NCBI RefSeq assembly: GCF_947568905.1
Contig: NC_079169.1
Location: 90,954,001 to 91,018,000, forward strand
DNA length: 64,000 nt
DNA from: Ostrea edulis
Taxonomy: Eukaryota
Direction: 5' to 3'
A model generated the notes under the pieces. That model saw nothing but the letters and a program-made list of their open reading frames with translations. It did no database searches and was not told the origin of the DNA. Shown here one piece after another: positions 63,001 to 64,000 of this stretch; position 1 is the first letter of the stretch, and each line of letters opens with the position of its first letter. The position numbers and the translations under genes were made by a program.

Positions 63001-63781
63001 GAGGTAAAGCAGGAGAAGAGGTACACTGATAACTAAGAGGAAAGTGTAACAATGTACATGTATTGATAAGTAGCAATGATCAGAGTGATTAGTAAGATAT
63101 TGAAACTTAGAAACCTCCCTAATCCCCAGGTAAGGGTATATGCTGTGTGTAAATGTATAGGATCAATTAATGGTGGAATAGTAAATGGCCAGTAAATTAG
63201 ATCTTTTTCTCTTGGTAATAAATTAAGAGTAGAAAATTTAACCAGCATGATGATAATGGAGATTGGATGCCATTTTATTTTTACTGACTATGCTGACCAA
63301 AGTTACCAAAGAGGGGCCTGCATTACATGTAACAAGTTTAACTACGGTATACGGTTACAATGCATACATAAAACACCACACATTGATTGTAAAGAGATGT
63401 GTTAGTTATTGAACCAAAACTGTGAAGTCAAGCTTTAAATATACTAGTTTACACATTGTCATTACCAGGTAATTTATTCTAGTTAGATTCAAACCATCAA
63501 TATCCACGACAGGTTTAACTTCATAATTGTTGACAAGTGACCTGTGCAATTGAGAGGTATGTTTGACAAGTGACCTTGAACTTAACTGTTCAGGGATGTC
63601 TGTGTAACATTGTTAGTGTTAACTTCTACAGATGCTGTCTAGAAGACTTCTAACCAGGCAGGCCCTGAGGACCCTGTGGACGGGGAGGGAGAGCCTGGAG
63701 GACGATGACCCGGAGTTAATGGCCATCATTAAACGGGAGAAGAAGAGACAGGTTCACGGACTGGAACTCATTGCTTCCGAG
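60042..63781 (+). CDS. SHMT2: Serine hydroxymethyltransferase, mitochondrial type, first coding exons (gene runs off the window)
   Basis: Exon 63632-63781 (TTCTACAG acceptor, GAG|GT donor) encodes [50 protein letters not shown], matching the SHMT N-terminus (human SHMT2 WTGQESLSDSDPE...GLELIASE). A probable upstream exon 60042-60086 ([15 protein letters not shown]|GTAAGT, phase 0) is less certain. Confidence 0.85.
61296..62666. mobile_element. 1.37-kb non-autonomous TIR element with 5-bp TSD
   Basis: CAGGGATTTTC ... AGAAAATCCCTG; CACTG on both sides; repeated TTGGGAA motifs at both subtermini. Confidence 0.8.
62819..62950. repeat. Minisatellite, 39-40 bp unit x about 3.3
   Basis: GGACATGGTAGTGGACATTARTTATTGGGGAGGAAAACT repeats. 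Confidence 0.92.
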
Positions 63782-64000
63782 GTGGATTTTTTTTTGACAG
63801 ATTTAAATTTTCAAAGTGGGAGGATATGACAATAATAAGAGAATTTGTTTTACAGAATTGGAATGCATCATGTCTTTAGAATATTTAAGGGAGGTCATCT
63901 GTACTGTGTTGAGCTTACCAGCTGAACTGAATTTATTTCTCATCACAATTACACAATTGTATACAGAGATTTAGTACATATATTTTATATAAAAGTGATG

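Noticed and set aside
63247-63296. Box C/D-like motifs (ATGATGA...CTGA) in an SHMT intron
   Set aside because: The span is under 50 nt and there is no terminal stem, too short for a snoRNA.

Overview
This is AT-rich, intron-rich animal DNA, not prokaryotic. The repeat families and gene content suggest a bivalve, probably an oyster (inference). It has two assembly gaps (21864-22130, 37196-37383). I assembled six protein-coding loci by hand from splice sites and reading phase. (1) A complete 6-exon sterol desaturase / fatty-acid-hydroxylase-family gene (minus, 25722-28727, 330 aa) with all His boxes intact. (2) A tandem paralog just downstream (minus, five exons 15506-22530) with conserved exon phases and an open frame but degenerate His boxes 2 and 3; it is a candidate pseudo-enzyme and the most interesting item here. 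(3) An 11-exon SLC3A1/rBAT-like heavy chain (plus, 42499-51518, 635 aa) with one GC-AG intron. (4, 5) Two paralogous single-ORF, RING-less B-box/B-box/coiled-coil/NHL genes lying head-to-head with ATGs about 280 bp apart. (6) The first two coding exons of a mitochondrial-type SHMT. The rest is dense with mobile DNA: decayed RTE and CR1/L2-group LINEs, a Penelope-like RT relic with three short 3' copies, a miniature LTR element with a tRNA-Leu primer site, SINE-like elements, Helentron-type non-autonomous elements, and MITE families with 5, 6 and 9-10 bp target duplications. Several tandem arrays visibly derive from transposon ends. I found no tRNA, rRNA or CRISPR array. All alignments and coordinates were done by eye, with no database search.
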